A stretch of 64,000 bases of DNA from Sulfolobales archaeon (GCA_038867615.1 JAWBYA010000001.1:128001-192000); one strand, 5' to 3'. Numbered from the stretch's first letter, positions 41,302 through 52,251 are shown. Notes: generated by a model from the sequence alone, not told the origin. Made by a program: numbers and translations.

Positions 41302-41660
41302 CCGTCTTCTTTATCATGTTTCCGGGATCCCGTTAGCTCAGGCTCTCCTTCGCTCTTTGGGCTAGCTTTTTGATATATATGGGGTTGATAGGTTTGGGGA
41401 ATATTAGTGAGTACCCATCGATGTCTAGGGGTATTTATTGAGCTTTAGTTTTGAGGCGGATTGTTCTAGGTGTGGGTTTCTCCATACACGCCCTGGGTGG
41501 TGATTGGGGCTTGTTCCAAGCCGCCAGGTGATGATCTCTTAAACCTAGATGGAATCAACTACCTACTCCGTAGGGGCAGAGACACTGTGCCGGTAAAGTG
41601 GAAGTCCCTGGATAAAATCATGAATAAAAACAATCGGAATGAACATCCAGGGATAAACGG
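41302..41660 (+). mobile_element. Non-autonomous IS607/tnpB-derived element, family A copy 2 (degenerate)
   Basis: Right end GAAGTCCCTGGAT...ATGAACATCCAGGGATAAACGG and the central promoter region align to 4859-5272; left boundary uncertain. Confidence 0.55.
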
Positions 41661-41870
41661 GTAATTATGGGGTTTGCTTTTTTATAAAAATAGGTGTCTC
41701 TTTACTGTGGTATTTGCAAGGGGCGGTCTCCTTTCGAGATTTAGGCATCTCTCGAAGAACTTCTCTTAGTCAATGCCTCTAGCTTTATACATTAGTATAG
41801 ATTTTTATAGAGAGATATATTGAAATATTTAAGTTTCTGTGAGGCTGTTATAATAAAGGTGGGTGTACCA

Positions 41871-44255
41871 ATGCATAGTGAGCACCATGGTGCAGAGGCG
41901 CATCACGAGCATGAGGAGCCTTTCTATAGGAGTATAAGGGGTATTTTGACCACAACGAATCATGCCAACATAGGGGTTATGTATATTGCTGTTGCGCTAA
42001 TAAACCTGCTCCTTGCCGGTATCTCGGCATTCTTTATAAGGATGCAGCTAGCGGGAGTAGGTGTTGTGGATCCTGGGAGGTATTTGGCGGTAGTAACGTT
42101 GCATGGGACGCTTATGATCTTCTTTGTAGTGATGCCCTTCTTTGCTGGGATAGGTAACTATCTTATCCCCAAGATGGTTGGTGCGCCTGATCTCTACTGG
42201 CCTAAGATAAATGCTCTAGGGTTCTGGATGTTCGCGTCGAGCTCTATACTGATATGGCTAACCCTTCTGGATGCAGGGAACCTCCAGATAGGCTGGACAG
42301 GCTATGCCCCGCTATCTGTGAGGCTTCCAGGATTTTCAGTGGATCTCTGGGCCCTCAGCCTCTTCCTCGCGGGGATCTCGTCTATACTTGGTGCTGTTAA
42401 CTTCTTCCTAACTGTTATGAGGCTTAGAAACCCAAGCCTAAAGATCTCGAGACTCCCGCTCTTCGTATGGTCATTCCTGGGCGCACAGCTAATAATACTC
42501 TACGCGCTACCTCCCTTCGGTATGGTGCTAGCGATGATCTTTCTCGAGAGGAATCTCGGACTCCCATTCTTCGATCCTAAGTATGGTGGTGATGCGATTC
42601 TCTACCAACACATATTCTGGTTCATGGGGCATCCAGAGGTATATGTTCTAGTCCTCCCAGCTATGGGGCTTGTTTCAGAGATCCTGCCGAGGATGGCTAG
42701 GAGACCGATATATGGTTATAAGGCAATAGCTGTGTCATCTATAATGATCGTGACAATGAGTTTCTTCGTATGGGCTCACCACATGTTCACAACGGGGCTG
42801 GGTTTACTGGTCCTAACACCATTCATGATAGCAACAATGGCTGTAGCCATACCGTCGGGGATCAAGGTCTTTAACTGGATAGCAACCCTCTATAACTCGA
42901 GGATATGGCTTAGGACACCCATGCTCTACGTACTCGGCTTCCTAGCGTTCTTCATAATAGGGGGTATAACAGGTGTGTTCTTCCCCGTGATCCCGGTCAA
43001 TATACCATACCAGGATACATACTTTGTTCTAGGTCACTTCCACTATGTGGTCAATGCTATATTCATGGCAATAGCAGCGGCTCTATTCTACTACTTCCCA
43101 CACATGACGGGTAAGATGTATAGCGAGACTCTGGGTAGGCTGAGCGCTATTCTATACACAATAGGTGGTGCTATAACCTATACAGCAATGCTCTCCCTAG
43201 GCTATCTAGGAATGCCTAGAAGATACTACCAACCCCCACCGATCCCTGGGATGGAGTTCTACCATCAGCTAGCCACCGCAGGCTCGATTATACTCGCAAT
43301 AGGTACTCTTCTAATATACGTAGCCATTATTCATGGTCTTATATGGGGTAGGCCTGTTAAGAATAGAAACGATCCATGGGCGGCTGCCAAAATAGGCCAG
43401 CCAGACTTCCACCCAGCTGCACATACAGACGGCTCCGGGCTGCTCCACTACAGCCCCCACCCATGGATGTCTATCACAGGGATAGCGTCAGCATTACCTC
43501 TGGTGGGTGTTATGTTCATTATAAAGTGGGGCGACTGGATCGTAGGGTCGCTAATGCTTGCCATATTCATAGGTATAGTTCTTGCGTGGGCTTATTCAGA
43601 GTATTTTGCAAGGCCTAGAAGTGCTAATGGAGCCCTAGCAGGGCTTCTAGATCTTAGGCCCTGGAGCTCGAGGCTGGGGGCATTGGGACATGATCCAATG
43701 CTTGCAGTGGCTCTAATCATATTCTCTGAGGTATTCCTCTTCGGGACATTGATAGCTTCTTACTTCTACTACTGGTTTAGAAACCCATCATGGCCTCCCC
43801 CCGGGACGCCTCATCTAGATACCTTGGTGCCCATCATAAACACGGTGATCCTGCTGAGCAGCGGTGCAGTGATGCATCTTGGATATAGTTACTTCAAGAG
43901 GGGAGATATTGAGAGCTTTAGAAGCCTCGCCGTGGTAACGATAATCCTGGGGTCTGTATTCCTCGCTGGACAGGTAGTAGAGTATGTGAGATCAGGGATG
44001 TCCCCATGGCTTAACCCATTCGCAGCAACGTTCTATAGCCTTACAAGCACCCACGGACTCCACGTGATCATGGGCTTGATAGCCATATCCCTCCTAATAG
44101 TGAGATCCTATAACGGTACGCTTCCAACCAACGAGAGAGGGAATTCGGTGGTAGAGGCTGTAACCGTATATTGGCACTTCGTAGACCTGATATGGATTGT
44201 GCTTGTAACCATACTCTACCTACTCCCATTCGGACTACCAGTACTTGGAGCATAG
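41871..44255 (+). CDS. Heme-copper oxidase, subunit I + subunit III fusion (A1-type)
   Basis: HGTLM, GWTGYAPL, WFMGHPEVY, WAHHM, HFHY, PRRY; C-terminal subunit III motifs SEVFLF, HGLHV, YWHFVD. Confidence 0.93.
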   Translation: MHSEHHGAEAHHEHEEPFYRSIRGILTTTNHANIGVMYIAVALINLLLAGISAFFIRMQLAGVGVVDPGRYLAVVTLHGTLMIFFVVMPFFAGIGNYLIPKMVGAPDLYWPKINALGFWMFASSSILIWLTLLDAGNLQIGWTGYAPLSVRLPGFSVDLWALSLFLAGISSILGAVNFFLTVMRLRNPSLKISRLPLFVWSFLGAQLIILYALPPFGMVLAMIFLERNLGLPFFDPKYGGDAILYQHIFWFMGHPEVYVLVLPAMGLVSEILPRMARRPIYGYKAIAVSSIMIVTMSFFVWAHHMFTTGLGLLVLTPFMIATMAVAIPSGIKVFNWIATLYNSRIWLRTPMLYVLGFLAFFIIGGITGVFFPVIPVNIPYQDTYFVLGHFHYVVNAIFMAIAAALFYYFPHMTGKMYSETLGRLSAILYTIGGAITYTAMLSLGYLGMPRRYYQPPPIPGMEFYHQLATAGSIILAIGTLLIYVAIIHGLIWGRPVKNRNDPWAAAKIGQPDFHPAAHTDGSGLLHYSPHPWMSITGIASALPLVGVMFIIKWGDWIVGSLMLAIFIGIVLAWAYSEYFARPRSANGALAGLLDLRPWSSRLGALGHDPMLAVALIIFSEVFLFGTLIASYFYYWFRNPSWPPPGTPHLDTLVPIINTVILLSSGAVMHLGYSYFKRGDIESFRSLAVVTIILGSVFLAGQVVEYVRSGMSPWLNPFAATFYSLTSTHGLHVIMGLIAISLLIVRSYNGTLPTNERGNSVVEAVTVYWHFVDLIWIVLVTILYLLPFGLPVLGA

Positions 44256-44299
44256 TTTTAGCATTATGCGGTGTTTTTATCCTACTGAGCATAGCTATT

Positions 44300-46291
44300 T
44301 TGGTGCCTGGTATTTCTGGGAAGAGGATAATATTCCACGAGCTATTAACACCTGAGGAGGCTCTTGAGAGGATATATAGATATGTTGGCCTAGAGCCCCT
44401 AGGCGTTGAGGAGGTGTCGATAGATGAGAGTTATGGTAGGGTTCTTGCTGAGGATATATATTCAGCTATAGATGTCCCGCCGTTTGACAGATCCACCATG
44501 GATGGGTATGCAGTGAGATCCGAGGATCTATTTGGCGTTAATGAAACAAACCCTGCGAGATTGAGGGTTGTGGGGAGAATAGATCCTGGAGAGCCTCCAT
44601 CACGAGCTATAGGGCCTGGAGAGGCTATCGAGATCTCAACGGGAGCACCAATACCACCTGGAGCCGATGCTGTCCTCATGGTGGAATATACTAAAAGAGC
44701 TGGCGACTGGGTTGAAGCATACAGATCGGTAACCCCTGGAGAGAATATAATGTCAGCTGGAGCTGACATATCTCTAGGCGAGCTCTCTCTCAGAAAATGC
44801 ACCATGATAGGTGCTAGAGAGGTAGGGGTTCTTGCAGCCATGGGGATCTCGAGGGTTAAGGTCTATAAGAAGCCCAGGGTAGCTGTGATCTCCACGGGCT
44901 ACGAGCTAGCTCCTCCAGGGGTTCCGCTAAGGCTGGGAGAGATCTATGATGTTAACTCCTACACTATAAGCCATGCATTAAGAGAAATAGGGGCTGAGCC
45001 TGTGAGGCTCGGCATAGTGAGAGACGATCCCGAGGAGATCGCTGCGATGGTGTTAAGTGGTCTCGCCCATCATGATATGGTGATCCTTTCTGGAGGTACA
45101 TCGGCCGGGCTATCTGATATAACATATAGGGTTCTCTCCGAGATCGGGCCCCCTGGGATCATAGTCCACGGGCTTAAGGTTAAGCCGGGGAAGCCTACTG
45201 TTATAGCTATTTCTAGGGAGGGTAAGCTCGTTATAGGGCTTCCTGGGTATCCGAGTTCCGCCCTCATGATCTTTGATCTTATAGTGAGGCCTCTGCTATG
45301 TAGAATGCTCTGCATCTCGATCGAGAAACCTAGTGTGAGGGCCAGGCTTGCTATGAGGGTTGAGGGGGCTAGGGGTAGGAGGCATCTTCTCCCTGTAGGT
45401 CTTATCGATACGGGAAGCTATATTGCTGCATACCCGCTTCCATCGGAATCTGGCGCTATAACCACGCTGGCATATGCCGATGGATATATAGTGATCCCCG
45501 AGAACATGGAGTTCGCTGTAGAGGGTGAGGAGTTCGATGTCCACCTCTTCTCCCACAGATATAGACCCGCGGATCTCTATATAGTTGGGAGCCACGATCT
45601 AGGCCTCGATAGACTGATCCCAATGCTAGGCGGAGTAAGGGTTAAGGCTATAAATGCCGGCTCTATAGGCGGTGTGATCGCTGTATCTAAGGGGGAAGCC
45701 GATATAGCCGGAATCCATATTATAGATGAGAATACAGCCGAGTATAACATACCATTCCTAGAGAGATACGGCGTGAGGAACGCTATCCTCTTCAGGGGCT
45801 ATATGAGGGAGCAGGGTCTAATAGTTCCTAAGGGAAACCCGCACGGCGTTAGGGGTGTTGAGGATATAATAGATAAGGGTCTCAGGATGGTTAACAGGCC
45901 GAGGAATACTGGGACACGTGTCCTCCTAGACCTAGTGCTCAAGAGAATAGCAGCTAGCAGGGGTGTTGGTTTTGACAAGCTGGTCTCGTCTATAAAGGGT
46001 TATTATTATGAGGTGAGAACCCACACAGCTGTTGCTGCTGCAGTAGCCCAGGGTAGGGCTGATGTGGGTGTAGGGATCAGGGCTGCTGCTGAGATGTATG
46101 GGTTGGATTTTATAGGGCTGGGTTGGGAGAACTACGACTTCCTTGTATCGTCTAAGAGGCTTGAGAAAAAAGCGGTCAGGATATTCCTTGATACGCTTAG
46201 GAGTGATGGGTTTAAAAAACAGGTCTCATCGATCCCTGGCTATATGGTTCCAAAAGATCTAGGCGAGGCTGTGTGGAGCTCTCTGGGATAG
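44300..46291 (+). CDS. moeA: Molybdopterin molybdotransferase MoeA fused to a PBP (molybdate/tungstate-binding) domain
   Basis: PPFDRSTMDGYA, STG.E, SGGTS, KPGKP, LPGYP; C-terminal GSHD and AG.H; start near 44300. Confidence 0.9.
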   Translation: MVPGISGKRIIFHELLTPEEALERIYRYVGLEPLGVEEVSIDESYGRVLAEDIYSAIDVPPFDRSTMDGYAVRSEDLFGVNETNPARLRVVGRIDPGEPPSRAIGPGEAIEISTGAPIPPGADAVLMVEYTKRAGDWVEAYRSVTPGENIMSAGADISLGELSLRKCTMIGAREVGVLAAMGISRVKVYKKPRVAVISTGYELAPPGVPLRLGEIYDVNSYTISHALREIGAEPVRLGIVRDDPEEIAAMVLSGLAHHDMVILSGGTSAGLSDITYRVLSEIGPPGIIVHGLKVKPGKPTVIAISREGKLVIGLPGYPSSALMIFDLIVRPLLCRMLCISIEKPSVRARLAMRVEGARGRRHLLPVGLIDTGSYIAAYPLPSESGAITTLAYADGYIVIPENMEFAVEGEEFDVHLFSHRYRPADLYIVGSHDLGLDRLIPMLGGVRVKAINAGSIGGVIAVSKGEADIAGIHIIDENTAEYNIPFLERYGVRNAILFRGYMREQGLIVPKGNPHGVRGVEDIIDKGLRMVNRPRNTGTRVLLDLVLKRIAASRGVGFDKLVSSIKGYYYEVRTHTAVAAAVAQGRADVGVGIRAAAEMYGLDFIGLGWENYDFLVSSKRLEKKAVRIFLDTLRSDGFKKQVSSIPGYMVPKDLGEAVWSSLG

Positions 46292-47037
46292 CCTCGTATT
46301 CTCTTAACATGTGTTAGCGGGATAAGACCCCTGATCTTCTCACCCCTCCTGAGGTTAACAACAAGAGTGACTCCCAGGATTATCGCTGCCGCTACTCCGC
46401 TGTATAGAGGCCCCCTCATTGATACTGCTATGGGTATGCCGGGCCTTGCTAGGGCCACCACCATGTCTGAGGAAGCCCTCCCGGTTGTTATTGCGACAGA
46501 TCTATCTAGGTTGAGGGTGTGCTTGATCCCGGCTCCTATTATTTTTAATATCGATGAATGCCTGCTGCTATCGTGGGCTATGATAGCCTTCCCCGATTCT
46601 AGGTCGTATAGCCCGCTTGTATGAGACGCTATCCCCATGGTAACCGAGGTTGTCTTAGCATTGAAGTCTGAGAATATCTCTACCAGGTTTTTCCAATCTA
46701 TGGTGAAGTTCGAGGATACATAGACTCCTTGCTTCACTAGTATTGAGCAATCCTCTATATAGATCTTATTCACCTCAACATCTTTGGCAAGCCTGACATA
46801 GATCCTTTTTCTCTTCAGATCTATATCTATATCCTCTATATCGTCAATAGATCCTATTAATCCGTCCCTCACAAGACTCCCTATAACTGTATACTCGATG
46901 CCGGAGGGCATTGTAAATAGCGTTGTGTATTGTTTATCGTTAACATATACGTCGAACCTCTCATCTACTGCTATTGGTATCTCCATATAGCTATCAACAC
47001 TAGCCTCGATCTCTATGTAGTGGAACAAAAAGATCAC
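46240..47037 (-). CDS. fdhD: Formate dehydrogenase accessory sulfurtransferase (divergent)
   Basis: D..RH...K.IG and TTGR.SSDMV; last gene of the fdh operon. Confidence 0.75.
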   Translation of the reverse strand: MIFLFHYIEIEASVDSYMEIPIAVDERFDVYVNDKQYTTLFTMPSGIEYTVIGSLVRDGLIGSIDDIEDIDIDLKRKRIYVRLAKDVEVNKIYIEDCSILVKQGVYVSSNFTIDWKNLVEIFSDFNAKTTSVTMGIASHTSGLYDLESGKAIIAHDSSRHSSILKIIGAGIKHTLNLDRSVAITTGRASSDMVVALARPGIPIAVSMRGPLYSGVAAAIILGVTLVVNLRRGEKIRGLIPLTHVKRIRGYPRELHTASPRSFGTI

Positions 47038-47060
47038 CTGGAATGAGGGGGTTTTAAAAA

Positions 47061-47813
47061 TTACTCTCCCGGTATCTCTTTTCTACCCAGGATCTTTCTT
47101 ATATATAGGGGCATGTGCTTCTCAGCCCACTCTATAGGAATCATCCCGTTGGTGAACATAGCCTTGAGCAGAGGTATATTGGTTGGGTGTATAACGGCAA
47201 ATATATGGGCTAGTGTGAATAGCACGCTCAGGTAGAAGCCTATGTCGTGGATTAGAAGCATTATTCTATGCTGGTCAGGGGTTAGGTTTAGATATATTAT
47301 TGCTGCACCGCTACCCCCCACCATGATGAAGGCTATCACAAGCACTATTGTTAAGTAGGAGACGAGCACGTTATGTCTATCTAGGTTCTCCTCTATATCC
47401 TCTGGCAATGGCTTGCCGAAGGCGTAGTGGTTAGTGAGGGCCACAGCCTCTCTGATCTGCTGTTTTATAGGTTTTCTAAGGGGGTCGAAGACCCTTATCT
47501 TCCTAGCAGCCACCAGGTAGACCCCATATGTTATTAATAGGGCTCCCCATAGAGGGCCTATAAACCTATGTATTGCCCTAGCAACCTGGGCTCCAACCGT
47601 TATCGCCCCGGTATCCTGGCTAAGGCCTAGGAGGGGTGCTAGTGGAGCACCTATTGGGTATATTATCCATGCGAATGTCTCTATAGATAGCAATACTATC
47701 CCTGTCAGGACTAGGAGTGTGAAGAACACGAGGTTTAGTGTGTGGGATATTCTAGCACCCATGCTCAGTATCTCTATCTCATCCTTCTTCTCCTTCTCTT
47801 CCAATGGAACCAC
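47061..47813 (-). CDS. Formate dehydrogenase gamma subunit (cytochrome b)
   Basis: Four TM helices with His ligands (ISH, IHR, IHD, AHI); M.TNG.I..EWAEKH. Confidence 0.85.
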   Translation of the reverse strand: MVPLEEKEKKDEIEILSMGARISHTLNLVFFTLLVLTGIVLLSIETFAWIIYPIGAPLAPLLGLSQDTGAITVGAQVARAIHRFIGPLWGALLITYGVYLVAARKIRVFDPLRKPIKQQIREAVALTNHYAFGKPLPEDIEENLDRHNVLVSYLTIVLVIAFIMVGGSGAAIIYLNLTPDQHRIMLLIHDIGFYLSVLFTLAHIFAVIHPTNIPLLKAMFTNGMIPIEWAEKHMPLYIRKILGRKEIPGE

Positions 47814-48701
47814 CTACTCGCCCCCAGACCCCTTGTCCTGCTTCTTCTCCTTCGTCTTTTTAGATCCTGTCTTTTTCATCCTATCCCTACGCCATGCTGC
47901 AACGCCTAGCGCGAACACAGCAGCCGCTATGATCCCTACCCCTGGTATGCTTATTGATTTCAGAGACTCTCTAAGGGATTCTGCGTTCACTACAGCTTTT
48001 TCTGGGAATTGCTTCTTGAAGGCCTGGGATGCCTTGTCGCTCGATAGAGCGAAGACCCATCTAACCCTGCCTCCAACATAGCTATCAACATCAAGTCCAT
48101 AGACCTCTTTACCCTTAGCCTTCATATCGTTGGCAAGCTTAACAACGTTATCCATAGATGTGAAGGTGAAAACATTAGCAGGGCATACCTCAACACATGC
48201 TGGAGCCTTGCCATTCTGAACCCTGTCTACACAGAAGGTGCATTTATAGTACTTACCATCAGAACCCCTCTTGGGGACATCGTAGGGGCATGCGTCTGCA
48301 CAATACCCGCAGCCAATACACTCACTAGCCTCGATAACAACAGCCCCCTCCGGGCTCACCTTTATAGCCCCTACGGGGCACGCCCTGGCACACGGTGCTG
48401 TCGCGCAGTGGAGACAGTTATATGGTATTGGAACCATCTCTACGGCATCGCTTATCTTCACTGTAGCTCCTTCAAAGCTCAGGATCTTCTCCCTTGTTAT
48501 TTCGTGGAACATAACGACCTTCCAGGCATTTGCCATAAGCGTTGGTGGGTTAGTGAACGTGGGGCTGAAGCTCGTCTTAGGAGGTGCTCTCCCATTCCAC
48601 TCCTGACAAGCGACCTGGCATGCTCTGCAGCCTATGCAGTTATCCACGTTAACCAGAACCGCTATACCGCTATCCTTGCTTGGGAAATCCATCTTAACCA
48701 T
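47814..48701 (-). CDS. Formate dehydrogenase beta (4Fe-4S) subunit
   Basis: CIGCRACQVAC, CLHC..APCARACP, CIGCGYC..ACP, KCTFC...PACV.VCP; C-terminal TM helix. Confidence 0.92.
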   Translation of the reverse strand: MVKMDFPSKDSGIAVLVNVDNCIGCRACQVACQEWNGRAPPKTSFSPTFTNPPTLMANAWKVVMFHEITREKILSFEGATVKISDAVEMVPIPYNCLHCATAPCARACPVGAIKVSPEGAVVIEASECIGCGYCADACPYDVPKRGSDGKYYKCTFCVDRVQNGKAPACVEVCPANVFTFTSMDNVVKLANDMKAKGKEVYGLDVDSYVGGRVRWVFALSSDKASQAFKKQFPEKAVVNAESLRESLKSISIPGVGIIAAAVFALGVAAWRRDRMKKTGSKKTKEKKQDKGSGGE

Positions 48702-48707
48702 GGATCA

Positions 48708-51700
48708 TCACCCCACCCTCCTGACAAAACCTATCCAAGCCTTAGACTCCTGGATCGTTGTAACCACATCACCAACATCAGGGTTGAGGAAGTTGCTCTG
48801 CGGACCCGTAGTCCTTCCCTGGAAGCTGAACGACCATATCAGGTTAACAACAGGGAGATCTTTGTTATTAACCCTTAGATAAGCCTCGCCCCTGGTAACA
48901 TAAGCCCTAAGCCTCACAGTACCTCTAGCAGTGACTATCTCAACATATTCTCCAGGCCTTATCCCCAGCTTTGATGCGAGCTTCTCTGGGATGTAGGCGA
49001 AGGGCTCTGGTACTAGTTGTGATAGCAATGGTACGTTTCTAGTCATAGCCCCGCTGTGGAACATCTCTGTAAGCCTGTTAGTCGTGATCACCACAAGCTC
49101 TCCACTCTCTCCCTTAAGCTCGCTTGGAATGAGAGCCAGCCCAACCGGTTTTCCAGCCACGATGCTCGGCTGATCCTTAAGAACCTTGACATTGTGCGGG
49201 TTAAGCCAGGCGAGTGTTGGGTATTTTATAGCAAGCTCGGGGTCTGGCGATTCAGCAGGTTCTGTGTGTATTGGGTACTGGAAGTTATAGCCAGGATACC
49301 AACCCTTCATCTCATCGATCACCTTTAAAGTGGCCTCTTTCAAGCTCCCAGTCTGCTGGTAGTAAGCCTGGAGCTTCTGTCTGAACTCCTCGTATTTAGG
49401 CTTATATTTAGCCCAACCATCTCCTGGGAAGAACGGTCTCTTTACGAGAGCCTTCATACTAGCGGTCTGCTCATCCCAGTATAGGGTATCGTTAGCCCAG
49501 AGGTATCGCATCCCTGTAAGGGATGCGAACTCACTGTATGAAACAACCCTTACACTCCCTGCATCCTGGATTGCGAAGCTTTTATCAGGGAATTCGAGAG
49601 TACCTGTTCTTATAAACTTCATTATGTCCGCACCTCCCCATAGATCTGAGATGCCGCTAAGCCTCCTCTTAAAGGCCCTTGGCTCCCAGAAGTTATGTCC
49701 TGGTATGAATGCAGGTCTATACTCACCGGTATACTCATCTATCCACTCACCAGTCTCTCCAGTAGCAACCCATTCTTTGCCAGCTGCTGTGAACCTATAG
49801 CTGGTTCCCAGGACCGCTACTAACGAGTCGTAGTTATAGAGATACCTCACATTCTGAGGCCATGACCATCCCCAGTTCTTATATACTTCAAAGGCTTTGC
49901 TAAAGAGTCCATCGATTTCGCCTTCCTTCCTTAAAGTCGAGATTCTCCTCATAGTTGTAAACTCATCCTTAACAGGGTTATAGATCCCATCGTAGATCAT
50001 GACTGAGTAGTTTATCTCCTTAGTAATGATCCTCGGATTAGCCTCAGCCTCTATAGGGCCTATCGGTGTAGCGTTCCCAACACCTCCAGTACAGTCCCAT
50101 GAGGCGCTTGGATCGAGACTCCTCTCGTAGAGGTCAATAACCCTGCTCCCAGCCTTAAGCTTTACCCTCTCAACCCTCTTACCATAAGCCTGGCTTGGAA
50201 TAACTATCACGCCAGCTCTCTCGAGATATCTATACAGCTTCGGAATAATCCAGTACTCCGGACGTGAGAGACCCTTAGGCTCAAGCGCCTTGAAGCTCCA
50301 CTGAATAACCCTATTACCATCTGTCCTAGTACCCTCTTTCTCGGCGAAAGCAGCAGCCGGGAGGAGCACGTCTGCGAACCATGCGGTCTCTGTTTCGAAT
50401 ATATCGCTGACTACCAAGAGATCTAGTGATGCAAGGGCAGCCCAGATGATCTTAGCGTTGGGGTTGGTTACAGCAGGGTTCTCGCCAAATATAAATGCAG
50501 CCCTTATCTCCTTATCAAGAACCCTTCTGGGGAACACTACCTCTGTGCTTCCAGTTCCAAAGTGGAAGTCACATATAACAACACCGTTAACAGGATCATC
50601 CTCGGGATCTGTTCCACAGAACATACCCCAGAGTAGCTCAAACCTCCTCCACCCATAGAACTTGAATACCTGAAGCACCTTGTTAAGATCGGCTGATCCT
50701 TTCTTAGCACTCGCCTGGAGGGCTGGGAACGATTTTAAGGCCCACTCAGGAACCTCCCAGCTCCAAGCATCAGGCATCCCCTGGAGTTTCCAGTCTTGGT
50801 AGAGCCTAACCTCTGCAACATTCACCGGGTGCCCGTGATACCCAGGCAAAGCCTCTATACCAGAGCCTTGGACATCGTTAGCCCCTTGGACGTTGCTGTG
50901 TCCTCTGAATGGGTGTGTTCCTCCTCCTGGGAAGCCTACGTTTCCTAGTAGTAGTTGGACTATAGCCGCTGATCTAATAATATTTATTGTTGCGTTTGTA
51001 TGTTGTGTGAAGCCCATAGCCCACTGTATGATCCCGTGCTTCCTATGGTTTGTAGCAACACCACTCCTCTCAACAAAGATCCTAGCAACACTCCTCAAAA
51101 GATCAACAGGAACGCCAGAGATCCTCGAAACCTCCTCAGCATTATACTGCGAGACCAGATCTTTTAGCTCATTAAGATCATCTTGATTAATATTCCATCT
51201 ATTCATGAGCCTCTTGAACTCATCAAGCTGATCTATAGGCGGGTTCCTCTCGAAGAACGCATAGTAGAGGATATAGAGCAGGATCGCGGCATCGCTGCCA
51301 GACCTGAATGGAACCCATATATCAGAGACCATCGCGGTCCTAGATAGCCTAGGATCGAATGTTATGAATACAGTCCCCCTCTCCCTCTTACCCTTCCAGA
51401 AGTACCAGAACGATAGGGGATGATTCTCCGCAGGGCTTGAGAAGAAGAGAACAACATCCGCCGAGGCCACATCCTCTATACTTGCTGTCTCAGCACCCCA
51501 GCCGTAGGTTACGGCCAGGGAGGTTACGGTCGAGCTGTGGCATTTCCTAAACTGCGAATCCATATTAGCAGTGCCAAGAAATACCGCTAGCTTCTTACTT
51601 AGAAACGCCTCCTCGTTGAGGAGTATCGAGGATCCTATAACCTGTACAGGAACCTGGGATCCCAGGTAGTAGTAACCATCCTTCTGCTTTGGTGCTCCTG

Positions 51701-52247
51701 TGCTAGCCCTCCATTCGCTAAGGATTCTTGAGAGCTTCTCAGCTATATATCTGAACGCCTCATCCCATGATACAACCCTCCATCTAGGTGGGTATTTCTT
51801 TACTATGGCTACAAGCTCATCCCAATTCTTAGCACTAAGGATCTCCTCAACAGGCGGTTTCGGCCCCGTCCTGATCATTGGGTAGAGAACCCTGAGATCG
51901 TTCTCAACAAGCTGGAACGCTGCTTCTCCCTTGGGGCATAAAGCCCCCCAGTTTATGTAGGAGTCAGGCGAGCCGGCTGTCCAGATAACCTTATCGCCTA
52001 CTGTGTAGAAGTCAATGCTACAACCCATGGAGCAGTATGGGCATATGACTGGGGTCACCTTAGCCTTTATAACATCGGTCTTACCACCGATTTCGCCGAG
52101 AACCCATCTTGTTTTCCATGACTTATACGGGACGGGCGACTCGGCCTCTGCTAAAGCTGCTGCTGAGAGGGCGAGGGCTGTGGAGGCTATTGATGCTAGT
52201 TTTAAGAAGGCTCTTCTAGATCTATCAACTCCCGAGCCATTGCTCAC
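48708..52247 (-). CDS. Formate dehydrogenase alpha subunit (Mo/W-bisPGD, Cys-type, Tat-exported)
   Basis: Tat signal SRRAFLK, CPYCSMGC...LCPKG, QFRKCHSSTV (Cys at the Sec position), RGHSNVQG; GTG 52247 follows GGTGA; ORF open to 52388. Confidence 0.92.
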   Translation of the reverse strand: MSNGSGVDRSRRAFLKLASIASTALALSAAALAEAESPVPYKSWKTRWVLGEIGGKTDVIKAKVTPVICPYCSMGCSIDFYTVGDKVIWTAGSPDSYINWGALCPKGEAAFQLVENDLRVLYPMIRTGPKPPVEEILSAKNWDELVAIVKKYPPRWRVVSWDEAFRYIAEKLSRILSEWRASTGAPKQKDGYYYLGSQVPVQVIGSSILLNEEAFLSKKLAVFLGTANMDSQFRKCHSSTVTSLAVTYGWGAETASIEDVASADVVLFFSSPAENHPLSFWYFWKGKRERGTVFITFDPRLSRTAMVSDIWVPFRSGSDAAILLYILYYAFFERNPPIDQLDEFKRLMNRWNINQDDLNELKDLVSQYNAEEVSRISGVPVDLLRSVARIFVERSGVATNHRKHGIIQWAMGFTQHTNATINIIRSAAIVQLLLGNVGFPGGGTHPFRGHSNVQGANDVQGSGIEALPGYHGHPVNVAEVRLYQDWKLQGMPDAWSWEVPEWALKSFPALQASAKKGSADLNKVLQVFKFYGWRRFELLWGMFCGTDPEDDPVNGVVICDFHFGTGSTEVVFPRRVLDKEIRAAFIFGENPAVTNPNAKIIWAALASLDLLVVSDIFETETAWFADVLLPAAAFAEKEGTRTDGNRVIQWSFKALEPKGLSRPEYWIIPKLYRYLERAGVIVIPSQAYGKRVERVKLKAGSRVIDLYERSLDPSASWDCTGGVGNATPIGPIEAEANPRIITKEINYSVMIYDGIYNPVKDEFTTMRRISTLRKEGEIDGLFSKAFEVYKNWGWSWPQNVRYLYNYDSLVAVLGTSYRFTAAGKEWVATGETGEWIDEYTGEYRPAFIPGHNFWEPRAFKRRLSGISDLWGGADIMKFIRTGTLEFPDKSFAIQDAGSVRVVSYSEFASLTGMRYLWANDTLYWDEQTASMKALVKRPFFPGDGWAKYKPKYEEFRQKLQAYYQQTGSLKEATLKVIDEMKGWYPGYNFQYPIHTEPAESPDPELAIKYPTLAWLNPHNVKVLKDQPSIVAGKPVGLALIPSELKGESGELVVITTNRLTEMFHSGAMTRNVPLLSQLVPEPFAYIPEKLASKLGIRPGEYVEIVTARGTVRLRAYVTRGEAYLRVNNKDLPVVNLIWSFSFQGRTTGPQSNFLNPDVGDVVTTIQESKAWIGFVRRVG

Positions 52248-52251
52248 CCTA

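Noticed and set aside
41323-41360. GGGATCCCGTTAGCTCAGG tRNA-like start
   Set aside because: Cannot be folded into a cloverleaf and has no T-arm.
41661-41682. 3' flank (putative guide) of family A copy 2 resembles the start region of the adenine MTase near 31935-31955
   Set aside because: The match needs gaps and is a low-complexity GGGGTTT RBS-like motif common in this window; likely chance.
51530-51560. Selenocysteine recoding in FDH alpha
   Set aside because: The active-site codon encodes Cys (RKCH) and the ORF has no in-frame TGA.
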